DNA from: an uncultured Desulfobacterales bacterium | GTDB lineage: Bacteria > Desulfobacterota > DSM-4660 > Desulfatiglandales > HGW-15 | Direction: 5' to 3' | Assembly: GCA_964647905.1 (NCBI GenBank) | Contig: CAZYJR010000002.1 | Span: forward strand, 7,198-71,197 | DNA: 64,000 bases | Part shown: positions 1 through 10,221 of the stretch, one piece after another | Layout: every line of letters begins with the position of its first letter | Position numbering within the stretch: position 1 is the first letter of the stretch | The notes under the pieces: model-generated | Databases searched by the model: none | Told to the model about the DNA's origin: nothing | Seen by the model: only the letters and a program-made list of their open reading frames with translations | Translations under genes and position numbers: made by a program

Positions 1-123
1 GGTCATCCCACGCAACCCCTGATTGATCAACACCTTGAGATCGCCGGAGGTGATCAAGGCTTTCCGGATGTAGTCGTACCAAATCGACTGCCCCAGACTC
101 GCAAGCTGATCGAGCTTTGTCAT
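1..123 (-). CDS. tal: transaldolase, N-terminal 41 codons (gene runs off the window start)
   Basis: Minus-strand ATG at 123..121 follows an AGGAGA RBS. Translation MTKLDQLASLGQSIWYDYIRKALITSGDLKVLINQGLRGMT matches the transaldolase N-terminus (GQS-W-D-IRR...GLRG-T). Absent from the ORF track because it is truncated by the window edge. Confidence 0.75.
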   Translation of the reverse strand, partial: MTKLDQLASLGQSIWYDYIRKALITSGDLKVLINQGLRGMT

Positions 124-413
124 CTTTTCTCTCCTGTGCGGTTTCGTCTTTTCGCGGATACCTGAATGACCACGTCTCTAAAGCTTCCTCTATCGGCCAT
201 CCAGCAATGGTCGATCCCGATCATCTCGCCCTCGTCGCCCACATAATGCCGCCACCCCTGTCGGATCCCGGCTTCGATTCCCACACGCGCGCTCACCCCG
301 GGCGGTAACACATGGTTCCTGTAGTCCTCCGACTCCTGTTCAAACAGCTCCCATGAGGGCATGCTCACGATTCTCTCGGATCGTGTTGATACACCGACTG
401 TCCAGGTCTTCAT
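120..413 (-). pseudogene. transketolase C-terminal remnant (97 codons)
   Basis: RIVSMPSWELFEQESEDYRNHVLPPGVSARVGIEAGIRQGWRHYVGDEGEMIGIDH aligns with the last ~80 residues of transketolases (VVSMPS..F..Q...YR.SVLP..V.ARV.VEAG....W..YVG). The preceding ~550 aa are missing. The ORF starts 6 nt after the glk stop, and its TGA overlaps the tal ATG. Confidence 0.6.
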
Positions 414-419
414 TTCGAG

Positions 420-1451
420 TCATCTTTCACTCCCGTGGATCTCTCGATATGTCGTTATTCCGTGGCAGGCCGCTCCCATCAGTGCCGCTTTGGGATTCAG
501 GATCACGTAGACCGGGATCCCCTCCATGAGCTTCGACATCCTGCCCTTGCGCCTGAAGGCGTCCATGAAGGGTCCGTTTTCAAGATTCGAAAGAAGGCGA
601 GGCGGGATGCCGCCGCCAAGATAGACGCCGCCGGATGCCATCACCTTCAAAGCCATATTCCCCGCCTCGGCCCCTAGAATGGAGACAAACATCTCGAGGG
701 TGGTTTGACAAAGGTTGCACGGTTTGCCCTCATCGAGGGCCGCTTTGACGATTACGGGTGTGTGATCGTGAGCCGAATCCATCTGCTCGGCCAACCATTC
801 GGGCTCCTCCGCGTGACCGCTGTCTTTAAGATAGGCATAGATATTCACCAAGCCGCTGCCGGAGCAGACACGCTCGTAGCTGACATGCCCGAGCCGATCC
901 AGAAGATACTGGAGCAAACCGATTTCCAGGGCGTTCGAGGGTGCAAAATCAGCGTGCCCGCCTTCCGAGGGTTGGGGCCGATACGTTCTTCCATCCCATG
1001 TTAAATACGCTTCGCCGAGACCGGTGCCCGGAGCAACAACGGCCGTCGTACCGCCCGACACCGCGCGTCCTTTGTTCAACACGTGCAGGTCCTTGTCGAT
1101 CAAGAAAGGAACCGCGTAGGCCAGTGCGAACAGATCGTTGAGCAAATGCACGGGAGCGATGCCCAGGGCCTTCGAGAGCCTCTCCTCATCCATGACCCAC
1201 GGCAAATTGGTGATCTTTGCCTGGCCGTTCACAACCGGGCCGGCCACCCCAAAGCTCGCACCGCCGACTTCTGTCCGGGTACGGGCAAGGAATTCCTGGA
1301 CCATGACTTCGAGGCACGGATAGTCTCCGCTCGGGAACGTTTCCTCCGCCAGGGGGGCGCTGAGCCCGGACTCCGCACTGAAGAGGGCCAGGTGTGTCTT
1401 GGTTCCACCAATATCGCCGGCCAGCACGGCTGCTGTCTTTTCCTCTGTCAT
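420..1451 (-). CDS. glk: glucokinase (Glk family)
   Basis: N-terminal LAGDIGGTKTHLALF ATP-binding motif with full-length similarity to bacterial Glk. The ATG at 1451 lies 5 nt after the upstream reading frame ends. The track ORF extends 7 codons further, to 1472. Confidence 0.9.
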   Translation of the reverse strand: MTEEKTAAVLAGDIGGTKTHLALFSAESGLSAPLAEETFPSGDYPCLEVMVQEFLARTRTEVGGASFGVAGPVVNGQAKITNLPWVMDEERLSKALGIAPVHLLNDLFALAYAVPFLIDKDLHVLNKGRAVSGGTTAVVAPGTGLGEAYLTWDGRTYRPQPSEGGHADFAPSNALEIGLLQYLLDRLGHVSYERVCSGSGLVNIYAYLKDSGHAEEPEWLAEQMDSAHDHTPVIVKAALDEGKPCNLCQTTLEMFVSILGAEAGNMALKVMASGGVYLGGGIPPRLLSNLENGPFMDAFRRKGRMSKLMEGIPVYVILNPKAALMGAACHGITTYREIHGSER

Positions 1452-1455
1452 TTTC

Positions 1456-1788
1456 TCAGTCCACCCCCCCATGCGTTCTCAGGCCGCCCGCGGCGGCGTC
1501 ATCCACAAACCACTGAAGGTCCCCGTCAAAGGGCCGTACCCGTTACGCGGGCAGTGGCGGTTTCCCCGAATCAGGGCCGAATACTCTGGAGACGACGGCC
1601 GTCTTACCTGTCGCGGCCGCCACAAAGACAACGTGGCGGGCGCTGTTGATGACCGGCAGGGTCAGGGTGACTCTTTCCGACAACGCTTCGCGAGTTGGAC
1701 AAATGGTGATCTTGTCAGACTCATTCATGGTCCAGGTCCACCCCGGTGGTCTGCTCGCCGCCGTTGCCCCGATGGCAACCATCCTCAT
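1456..1788 (-). pseudogene. pgl: 6-phosphogluconolactonase remnant (C-terminal ~110 codons, in-frame TAA at 1545..1543)
   Basis: ...ERVTLTLPVINSARHVVFVAAATGKTAVVSRVFGPDSGKPPLPA-TAA-RVRPFDGDLQWFVDDAAAGGL... reads in one frame and matches the Pgl C-terminus (R-TLT-P-IN-AR..F...G..K....LPA..V.P..G.L.W..D..AA). The N-terminal half is absent. The ATG at 1788 overlaps the stop of the upstream TVP38 gene. Confidence 0.6.
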
Positions 1789-2507
1789 GGTTCTTTCCCT
1801 TTCGGAGGAGGTTCCTCTCCCTTGATTCTCTTGATGAGCTTCGGAATGAAGAAGGAAAAGACGAAAAGGCCGACTGAGAAGAAGACCTTGAAAGAGATCA
1901 GCTCGCCCCAGTTTCCTGAGACCCATACCTCTTTCAAGGTCCCGACGAAAAACGTAAAGATGAAGGTTCCCACGACGATGCCCAGGCCCGTGCCGAAGAA
2001 GTAGTCCCAGAAGCGCACCTTGGTGAGCCCCATGCCGAAATTCATGGGTGTGAACGGAAAGTAGACGAGCCGGAGATAGAGCACCGTTGCAAAACCGTTC
2101 CGTTCGATGGCGTCATCGTATTTTTTCAGCCTGTCTCCGCTCAGGGAGGCCGCAAACTCCCTTCCCAGGGTTCGGCCTATCCAGAAAGCGGCACTGGCCC
2201 CCAACATCGCGCCGATCCACACATAGAGAAACCCCCAGTACGCGCCGAAGATCGCGGCCCCCAGACCGGTCAGGAGCGTTCCGGGCAAGAACAAACAGAC
2301 CCCTACCGCGTAAATCACCATGTAAGCCACGGGCGCCCATAGACCCACCTGTTCAAGAAAGCCCCTCAGCGATTCAGCCGTCAAATATCCCTTCACCGGG
2401 GTGAAGCGAATCAGATAAATGGCCGCAACAACGAACACCCCGAGAGCGAGGGCTTTCATCAGGCCCTTCTTTCGGCTCCTCGAGTCTTGTTCAACCGCTC
2501 TTTCCAT
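1785..2507 (-). CDS. TVP38/TMEM64 (DedA-related, SNARE-associated) family membrane protein
   Basis: 240 aa, multi-pass hydrophobic. Motifs FLPGTLLTGLGAAIFG and RLVYFPFTPMNFGMGLT are typical of the TVP38/YdjX family. Confidence 0.85.
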   Translation of the reverse strand: MERAVEQDSRSRKKGLMKALALGVFVVAAIYLIRFTPVKGYLTAESLRGFLEQVGLWAPVAYMVIYAVGVCLFLPGTLLTGLGAAIFGAYWGFLYVWIGAMLGASAAFWIGRTLGREFAASLSGDRLKKYDDAIERNGFATVLYLRLVYFPFTPMNFGMGLTKVRFWDYFFGTGLGIVVGTFIFTFFVGTLKEVWVSGNWGELISFKVFFSVGLFVFSFFIPKLIKRIKGEEPPPKGKEP

Positions 2508-2635
2508 TTCCTTTCCCTTCTCGCGCGGGGCAGAGGACTATTCCCCTTTTATCCCGGTTTGCCTGTTCGACGTAGCGACCCCTGAGAATCTTCCAAGAAT
2601 CACGGCGCTCGCGTCCTCTAACAGGAATGAAACCT

Positions 2636-2653
2636 AAACCTGAACTCAGGTCT
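2636..2653 (-). other. candidate SECIS hairpin for the ArsS-like gene
   Basis: mRNA AGACCUG-AGUU-CAGGUUU forms a 7-bp stem including G-U and A-U pairs with a 4-nt loop containing GU. It starts 13-15 nt after the UGA. Confidence 0.4.
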
Positions 2654-3647
2654 CGATCGCGCCTCCTCAGGTAAACCCCGCACCGGCCGTGCAAGTGTAG
2701 CAATGATCGGCGACGGCGACAGAGCTCCCGATCGGCGGTGGGCCGGCCATTTCGGAGACATGCGTCTTCTTGTCCCCCATGGGCAATCCCTTGGCCAGGT
2801 TGAAGTCGCAATCGTAGAAATATCCATCCCATGAAACGGAGACCATCGTTCTGCACATGAGCCCGTCAACGGCACAGGTATTGAAACCGGCTGCCAGCCG
2901 GCTCAGGTAGGACTCAAGATTCCCCGTCCCTTCAAGCCAGTTCCGGAATCTTCCCAAAGGCGCGTTGGCAAAGGCAAAGAGACGGTTGAACACAATTCCC
3001 CATTTGTTCATAAGCACCTCGCGAAATCTGCTTGTGCTTTGCTCCTGCGGTGCAGGGAGAAATGCTCCCGTAGGATTGCTTACGAGATCCAGCTCCAAAC
3101 CTGTCTCTGGTTGTCCATAACCCAGCGTATTGAGCTTCCGAAGAGTGTCGACGCTCTTCCTGAAAATGCCGTCCCCTCTCTGGGAATCGGCCTGAGCCTG
3201 ATTAACGGATGGAAAAGAGGCCACGATGGCCACCCTTTTGGCTTTCAGCAGATTCATCAGATCATCCCTCTTCCCATCATGTAAGGCGCTCAAGTTGGAT
3301 CGGAACATAAGCCTCGATGCATGGGGGGAAAGCCTTTCGATAAGGTGGGCGATGTTCGGGTTCAACTCAGGGGCGCCACCGGTGATATCGATAGCCTCGA
3401 AGTCGTTCCTCCCGGCGTAGGCGATGACGGCATCCGCCGTCTCGGAGTCCATGTTTTCCTTGCGATCAGGCCCTGCGCTCAGATGACAATGGCGACAGGC
3501 CTGGTTGCAGAGGAGCCCCACATTGACTTGAAGGGTCGTCGTTTTCCCCCGTTCCAGGTTGAGGCCATGCCTGAAAAGGGTCTGGCGGAAAGGCTCCAAC
3601 GCCCTTTCTGCCCCGCTCCCTTGCCGCAACGCTTCTTCAGTATTCAT
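2646..3647 (-). CDS. arsS: ArsS-like radical SAM/Cys-rich protein, predicted selenoprotein (TGA at 2669..2667 read as Sec)
   Basis: CNQACRHC radical-SAM cluster motif plus a Cys-rich C-terminal domain. The track ORF ends ...HCYTCTAGAGFT at a TGA. The same frame continues GGAIET to a second TGA at 2648..2646, giving CTAGAGFT-U-GGAIET. This is the position of the Cys/Sec in the 'arsenosugar biosynthesis radical SAM (seleno)protein ArsS' family. Confidence 0.75.
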
Positions 3648-3662
3648 GGCCCGTGACCTCCT

Positions 3663-3995
3663 TTACATCGAGAGTTTTTGTGCGATATTGCGCATCTGCA
3701 CACCATGTACCAGGGAAGCGCCCCCTCTGATGGCTGTCACGACATGAACCGCCTCCGTCATTTCTTCCAGGTTGGAACCCTTTTCCAAGCATGCCTGGGT
3801 GAATGCATCAATGCAGTAAGGGCATTGGACGGCATGGGCAACCGAGAGGGCAATCAGGGACTTCTCTCGCTCCGTGAGCGCCCCTTCGGCGAATACCGAG
3901 TTGTAATAGTCAAAGAATTTCTCGGCCAGCGCAGGAGCCTGCTGACCGATGTCGGGAAACTTGGGTAAATCTTGCGGTTTGTAATACGTTTCCAT
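3663..3995 (-). CDS. AhpD/carboxymuconolactone decarboxylase-like protein (arsenosugar biosynthesis-associated peroxidase-like)
   Basis: 110 aa with a VQCPYCIDAF CxxC motif in an AhpD-like fold. Sits immediately upstream of, and co-oriented with, the ArsS-like gene, which is the usual pairing. AAGGAGA RBS. Confidence 0.8.
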   Translation of the reverse strand: METYYKPQDLPKFPDIGQQAPALAEKFFDYYNSVFAEGALTEREKSLIALSVAHAVQCPYCIDAFTQACLEKGSNLEEMTEAVHVVTAIRGGASLVHGVQMRNIAQKLSM

Positions 3996-4020
3996 GATGT
4001 ATCTCCTTTTTTCTATGTAT

Positions 4021-4043
4021 TGACAGTCTAATGCGGGCTGTCA
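4021..4043. promoter_or_regulatory. 6-11-6 inverted repeat TGACAG-N11-CTGTCA upstream of the AhpD-like/ArsS-like pair
   Basis: Perfect 6-bp arms, 26-48 bp upstream of the ATG at 3995. Candidate operator. Confidence 0.3.
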
Positions 4044-4250
4044 CCCGCAACCCAAGAGACATGCAGCAGGCTCCGGAGGATGGGGCTTTCCTCCACTCCC
4101 TCCGCTCCCGGCCTGCTCATTGCCCGGACGAAATCAAAACCATCTTCACCGCCTCGGGACCCCATCTTCCCGCCTGATAAGGCGAGATCATCTCCGCTCG
4201 ATTTCCGCAGGTCTCGCATGCCTCCAGGATCGGAGCCTGTTGCGACTCCG

Positions 4251-6436
4251 TCAATGATTCAGGTCCCAATCGTAGAAGAGATACTCCATCTTGGTTTCCC
4301 GCCAGCCATGCTCGATAAAAGACCGTTTTTCATCCTCTTCCAGGTATCGAAGCAGGAACTGCCAAACCCCCCTCTTCCCTCCGAAGTCCTTTTCGTACCA
4401 GTCAAAGATCTGGGAGAGAACGACCTTGTTCTTTTCGGGCAAGACCAGGACCTCGGAGCTGTTCACGAAGCTCTTTGCCGCCGTGTCCAGCTGCTCGTCG
4501 ATCTTGTCCGCCTCGTAAAAGCGGATCGGGGCGCAGGAGCGCGATCCGCACACCAGGGCAAAGTGAACTCGAGGATCGACGCTCGTGAGGGCGAATCCGA
4601 GACGCGGGTCCTTCCTTCGGAAGAAGGGCCGGAGCCTGTACGGGGGGCGTGCGTTGGCCCTCAGGAGGCCGTGCTCCATCGCATCCGGGCTAAAGAAAAG
4701 ATCCCCGATCCGGTAACCGATCTTGCTGAAAAAGTCGGGGATCTCCTTGACGGACCTCTCGATTCCCAGCTCCACGATGCCGTGGATCACAATGGCGTTG
4801 TACAGGTTGATCCAGAAGGCCAGCTTCTCGTCGTCGGATTTGAGGCTCGCGAGATCGAAACGCCGAAGCCCTGCAGCCAGCTCCTGGTAATGACGGTAAT
4901 CCGGAGAACGCCTCAGGGCCGTGTAGTCCACTCTGCCCCGGTGGCGGTCATAGAAGCGATCCTTCAGCCTGCCGATGGCGGCCATCAGGTCCGAGGCCGA
5001 CGAGCCCGGAGGGGCCATTGCATCGCCGCCGGGTCCGTTCAGGATCCTCATCTCCTTCAGGCGATCACGCCTATTCGGTTTGAGCCAGTCGAGGCGGTGC
5101 TTGTCTTCGCTGTAGTATTCCTGGACCAGATCGAGAAACAGGGCCGCAGTCCAGGAGAAGCCATCGGACCCATAGCCTTTTCCCGTGCGGGAGTCGAAGT
5201 ACTCGTGAAAGCCGAAGCGAATGGGAAGCTGGATCATGTCCCTCTTCATGGCATCCGCCTTCTCTGAATACCCGTAGCCTTTCAATCCTTTTGAAACCAT
5301 CCAGTTGATATTGATCCAGACCGGTCCGCGCCAGTAGTTCCTGGAATCAAAGTCCTCCCTCGTCATGTCATAGTTCGGAACGGTGAAGCAGTTCCCCTGG
5401 TGAAGGGCACAGAACGCGATGGAGTCGAGCGTTTCAAAAAGTCTTTGGGCCTGCGCCCCGGAAGCGGCACTTCCGAAAAGGGGCAAGAAACCCGCTGCCG
5501 TGGCGGAGTGGATGAGTCGTCCACCGACCAGGTCAAAGGACTCGAACTGTTTACACTCGGGACACCAGAGAGACCTGGAGATGGCTCCGGACGTCGCCTC
5601 CACCCACTCCTTTATCTCAGATCCGTCCTGCTTCAAGACATCGCTGATCATCAAGAGGTCCCTGTCGGCCCGGCACAAGATGGAGTTGAAGAGCACATCC
5701 CAGATCAGGAAGGGGCATTCCTTCCGAATCTCTTCTTCGCTGTAGTTCAGCCGCCTGAAGAGATTCACCAGGTAGACGTAGCGGTCGTAGTCTTCGTCGC
5801 TTGGTCTTTGATCGGCGGGGACGCCGTGTTCGAGGTCTTTTCGCTCGTAAGCGGGAAGTTTTTCTTTCCGGACTTGAATCCTTTTCAGGGGTTCATCCCA
5901 GGCCGGGGAGTTGTCCAGTCCGGATTCCCAGGGATGCCGGATGTACACAAGCCCCGATGCGTCGGGATCCCTCTCCCGGTAGAGGTAGCGGTGGAGCGCC
6001 ATGAGCTTGGGATACATGAAGCGGAGGAAGTCCCGGGCCGCATCATCATCCTCGGCGGCCTCGAAGATGTGCCGGCAGGCGGTGGCGTGAAGGGGCGGCA
6101 TGGTGATCCCGCTGGTGGGTCTTCCATCAGGCACCCGCCAGAAATCCGGTTCGGGAAAGTAATGCCCCAGCGCCTCCGGGTTGAAGACGATGTGGGGCAG
6201 CATGCCGTTCGGCCACTGCTGCGCAAAGAGGGATGTCAGTTCCCGGCGGGACTTTTTCCGATCGTAGTGGGCATATCCCATGGCAATGAATCCGGAGTCC
6301 CAGTTCCACTGATGGGGGTACAGGCTGGGGGAGGGTTTGGTGTAGGCACCGGTCCAGTTCGCCCTCAGCACCTGCCGGGCCGTGCCTACGTAATCCTTGA
6401 ATCCCTTCGTGGCAAAGAGTCCGAGCATCTCGAATC

Positions 6437-6440
<4 letters not shown>
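4251..6440 (-). CDS. fusion protein: GH63-like (alpha/alpha)6 glycoside hydrolase (mannosyl/glucosylglycerate hydrolase-like) + C-terminal DUF547 domain
   Basis: The N-terminal ~460 aa carry YPHQWNWDSGF, HPWESGLDNSP, YWRGPVWININW and HEYFDSRTGKGYGSDGFSWTAA, typical of GH63/MGH-type hydrolases. The C-terminal ~250 aa carry LAFWINLYNA and HFALVCGSRSCAP, the DUF547 signature. Confidence 0.7.
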
Positions 6441-7357
<917 letters not shown>

Positions 7358-7619
7358 GATCCTTCTCCTTTTCTGGAAAGCTGTTCACGGGCCGATTACG
7401 GTAAACCAGATGCGGCTCGACCTGGAGTAGGCTGTACCGACCGCCTCCTTGGTGCTCGAGGACCACCTCGGCTCGATCCCGGGCCGCCCGAAAGCCTCCC
7501 TCCTGTTCTGTCCGCTCCTCATCATCTCTTCTCCCCGCTATCAGGATCGCCGCCGGTTCGGTATCCCCGGAGACGTTCAAACGGCCGGTCGCCTCCATCG
7601 GGGTTCCCCAAAAGAGGGC

Positions 7620-9083
7620 TCATTCCCCCTCTTCCGATCCGCACGCCCTCCCCTTCAGGTGGAAGAAGAATCTCAGACCTTTCCTCACCTTGTCGGAAAA
7701 GATTTTCGGCGAAAGGTAGGCGCCCGCCACCCGTTTGTTGATCTCCCCCAGGGTGGGGTAGGGATGCACGGCGGAAGCGAGGGTGGAAAGCTTCACCTTG
7801 CCGTTCAGGACGGCGACCCACTCGCTCAGCAGCTCCCCCGCCTGGGGCCCCAGAATCTGAACCCCGAGCGGTTTTTCATCCTTGTCCAGGAGCATCTTGA
7901 TCTTCCCGACCCTTTCGCCTTCGGCAAGGCTCCTGTCGTTGTCTTCGAAGGCCTCCGTGAAGACCGTGTATTCCACCCCGGCCTCCTCGGCCGTCTTCTC
8001 GTTCATTCCGATGCCGGCAAGCTCCGGATCGGTATAGGTGCACCAGGGCAGGAACGTGTAATCGGCCTTCCTGGGGAGATGAAAGATCGCATTGCTCACC
8101 ACGATTCCCCCTTCGTAGCCGGCGGCATGGGTGAATTGAAACCTCCCCGTCACGTCACCCGCCGCGTAAATGTGCTTCCGGCTGGTTCGCATCCGCGCGT
8201 CCACCCGGATGCCCCTGCGATCGACGTCAACGCCGATCCCTTCCAGCTCGAGGCCCGTCAGGTTGGGATTGCGCCCCATGGCCACGAGGATCTGCTCCGC
8301 TTTCAGTGGAACAACCTCCCCTTCCTTGGTCTTGATGCGGACTTCCTTCCCATGCCCCAGATCCCTGACCCCGAGAACCGGGGCATTCAAGTGAAAGTCG
8401 ACCCCCTCGGCGGCCAGGACCTGCATGACTTCATCTGCCATGTCCTTGTCTTCTTTGCTCAGGATCTGTCCGCTCCGCTGGACCACGGACACCCTTGTCC
8501 CGAGGCGGCAAAAGGCCTGGGCCATCTCCGCGGCAATGGGGCCGGCGCCCAGAATGATCATGGATTCAGGGAGGCGATCCAGGGAGAACATCTCCTTGTT
8601 GGTGAGGTGGGGGGTTTCGTCCAAACCCTCGATGGGGGGCCTGCCCGGTGACGAGCCGCAGGCAATGACCCACGTCTCGGCGGAAACGGTTCCGCCGTTC
8701 AATCGGACACTGTGCTCGTCTGTGAAGGCGGGTTCGCCGAACTCCACCCTGACGCCGAGGCGGCAGAACCTCTCTTCCGAGTCGTGCTTCTGGATGGTCG
8801 CGATCACCGACCGGATTCTCTCCTTCACCGCTCCGAAGTCCACCGGGGGTAGCTCTACGGCCGGAAGCCCGAAGGCCTGGGGGTTTTTCATGGTGTGATA
8901 GGCCTGAGCGGTCCGAATCAGCGTCTTGCTCGGCACGCACCCGAAATGAAGACAGTCGCCGCCCAGTTCCTTCTCCTTCTCGATCAGGAGGGTTCTGGCC
9001 CCCAACCGGGCCGCACCGGAGGCCACGGTCAAACCCGCCGCTCCCCCGCCGATGATGCCGATGTCATAGTCATACGTTGTCAT
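7620..9083 (-). CDS. class I pyridine nucleotide-disulfide oxidoreductase (dihydrolipoamide dehydrogenase/mercuric reductase-like)
   Basis: GIIGGGAAG FAD motif, redox-active GGDCLHFGCVPSK, a second Rossmann motif ILGAGPIAAEMAQ, and a C-terminal dimerisation HPYPTLGE motif. Confidence 0.85.
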   Translation of the reverse strand: MTTYDYDIGIIGGGAAGLTVASGAARLGARTLLIEKEKELGGDCLHFGCVPSKTLIRTAQAYHTMKNPQAFGLPAVELPPVDFGAVKERIRSVIATIQKHDSEERFCRLGVRVEFGEPAFTDEHSVRLNGGTVSAETWVIACGSSPGRPPIEGLDETPHLTNKEMFSLDRLPESMIILGAGPIAAEMAQAFCRLGTRVSVVQRSGQILSKEDKDMADEVMQVLAAEGVDFHLNAPVLGVRDLGHGKEVRIKTKEGEVVPLKAEQILVAMGRNPNLTGLELEGIGVDVDRRGIRVDARMRTSRKHIYAAGDVTGRFQFTHAAGYEGGIVVSNAIFHLPRKADYTFLPWCTYTDPELAGIGMNEKTAEEAGVEYTVFTEAFEDNDRSLAEGERVGKIKMLLDKDEKPLGVQILGPQAGELLSEWVAVLNGKVKLSTLASAVHPYPTLGEINKRVAGAYLSPKIFSDKVRKGLRFFFHLKGRACGSEEGE

Positions 9084-9191
9084 CGCTCTTGTCCCTCTCC
9101 TCTGGACCTTGTTAACAAGATGGGGATAGATCGGCCTTTCTCCCTCCTCGACCGTTGATCATTGCCGGGCGGCTTTTCTCGTCGCGGCAGG

Positions 9192-9959
9192 TCACTCCCC
9201 GTTCAGAGACCAGTCGTAGTCAAGGTATTCGACCTCGATGCTTCCAGCATGCTCCACCAGTGTTTCCCTCAGTTCTCCTTGGGCATATTTCACGAAGAAC
9301 CCGACGATGTCTTCGTCGAAATCCTCGGAATACCACTTGAAAATGCGGCTCACATACAGGGTCTTTCCTTGAAGGCGGTTGCGCTCGGGGTCATTGATGA
9401 AAGCCTCGGTCATCTCTGTGAGCTGCCGGTCCAGCAATTCTCCCTCATAGGGTTCCGACCTGAGGGGCGGGCAGCTCTTGGACGCACAGTTCACCGCAAA
9501 ATGAATCCGGGGATCCTGGAACCGGGGCCGGAGGATGTCGTGCTCGATGTTGTCCAGGGTGATGACCTCTCCGTCGATCCTGGCGATTTTCTTTTTCCAG
9601 GGGCTCTTGAACAGACTGCCGAGGTCCTTGATCGATCGGATGTCGGGATAGGCGCTCAAGATCAGCTTGATGGTCCAGGCATTGTACGCATTGATGAAAA
9701 AGGCGAGCTGCTCCTTGCGAGGAAGCACCGTCGTGTCGGTATCCTCCAGAACCTCGAGGTATCGATCCAGCTTGGCCTCTTCATTTTTGAAGCCCTGATA
9801 GTCCACCACGCCGTTATCGACATATTTCTCGAGCAGCTCAGCATAGAGGCGATTGTCCACGGAGGCGCTTGCCCCGGCAGGCGCCGCAAGGACCGCGGCT
9901 CCACAGAAAAAGACTACGAGTAGAAGGCTCCACGTAATCGATCTTTGATGATTCATCAT
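9192..9959 (-). CDS. secreted DUF547 domain protein
   Basis: N-terminal signal peptide (LLLVVFFCGAAVLAAPAGASA), then LAFFINAYNAWTI and HFAVNCASKSCPPL. Paralogous to the C-terminal domain of the 4251..6440 product. Confidence 0.8.
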   Translation of the reverse strand: MMNHQRSITWSLLLVVFFCGAAVLAAPAGASASVDNRLYAELLEKYVDNGVVDYQGFKNEEAKLDRYLEVLEDTDTTVLPRKEQLAFFINAYNAWTIKLILSAYPDIRSIKDLGSLFKSPWKKKIARIDGEVITLDNIEHDILRPRFQDPRIHFAVNCASKSCPPLRSEPYEGELLDRQLTEMTEAFINDPERNRLQGKTLYVSRIFKWYSEDFDEDIVGFFVKYAQGELRETLVEHAGSIEVEYLDYDWSLNGE

Positions 9960-10221
9960 CAGCTCCTTTGACCATCCATGGCTTCACCGGTTTCTCCCTG
10001 CTCATGCCCTTCCCTGCTCATGCCCTTCACTTTTGGTTCTGTGCACGACTTTTGTAGAACCGGACCAGGGTCAAGACTTGGATTATGTCAGCAGGTCATA
10101 TCAAGTTGGAGAACTGTTTTTCCTTTCAATACCTCTCAATGCCTCTATCGAAGCACCTGTTCCTCGAGTCACAAAAGGAGGATCTGTTTTCAATCGATTG
10201 GTCGTAGCACCCGACAAATCC

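Noticed and set aside
1499-1507. DnaA-box-like TCATCCACA (8/9 match)
   Set aside because: It is an isolated single copy inside the pgl/glk region, 50 kb from dnaA, so it is most likely a chance match.
1543-1545. In-frame TAA in the pgl remnant as a possible recoding or readthrough site
   Set aside because: TAA terminates at least one clearly complete gene in this window (21175..21177). The pgl frame also lacks its N-terminal half, so pseudogenisation is the simpler explanation.
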